Shown here: in pieces, positions 63,880-64,000 of the stretch
How the letters are laid out: every line of letters begins with the position of its first letter
Numbering within the stretch: position 1 is the stretch's first letter
NCBI RefSeq assembly: GCF_006345805.1
Contig: NC_042997.1
Coordinates: 169,260,001 to 169,324,000 of the forward strand
Origin: Octopus sinensis
Lineage: Eukaryota
Direction: 5' to 3'
DNA length: 64,000 nt
The notes under the pieces: model-generated
What the model saw: the letters and a program-made list of their open reading frames with translations, nothing else
Database searches by the model: none
Told to the model about the DNA's origin: nothing
Position numbers and translations under genes: made by a program

Positions 63880-64000
63880 CATCATCACCATTTAGCGTCC
63901 GCTTTCCATGCTAGCATGGGTTGGATGGTTCAACTGGGGTCTGTGAAGCCAGAAGGCTGCATCAGGCCCAGTCTGATCTGGCAGTGTTTCTACGGCTGGA
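63880..64000 (-). mobile_element. 3' end of the retroposon family seen at 35471-35822, running off the window
   Basis: Reverse complement of 35700-35822, including the (GAT)n tail. Confidence 0.85.

Overview
AT-rich, microsatellite-dense eukaryotic DNA. The SINE repertoire and gene content suggest an octopus genome (inference). Two host genes lie on the minus strand, both identified by manual translation and splice-phase checking. The first is the 5' end of adenylosuccinate lyase (ADSL; exon 1 at 6304-6438, exon 2 at 722-925) with a CpG-rich promoter region. The second is ten consecutive coding exons, including the last, of an SLC38A11-like amino acid transporter (62480 down to 31647; the first exons lie beyond the window). 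The rest is mostly degraded mobile DNA: several tRNA-derived SINE families, Penelope-like elements (RT, GIY-YIG), CR1, RTE and R4/Dong LINE fragments, nested Helitrons, a full-length but disrupted DD36E Tc1 element, a DD41D mariner fragment and several MITE or foldback elements. The most notable signals are hammerhead-ribozyme-like motifs at the 3' ends of the Penelope copies, and a small TSD-flanked element that joins a tRNA-like Pol III head to a minimal hammerhead core with a Penelope-style inverted duplication. Most ORFs in the supplied track are microsatellite or low-complexity artefacts. No database searches were possible.
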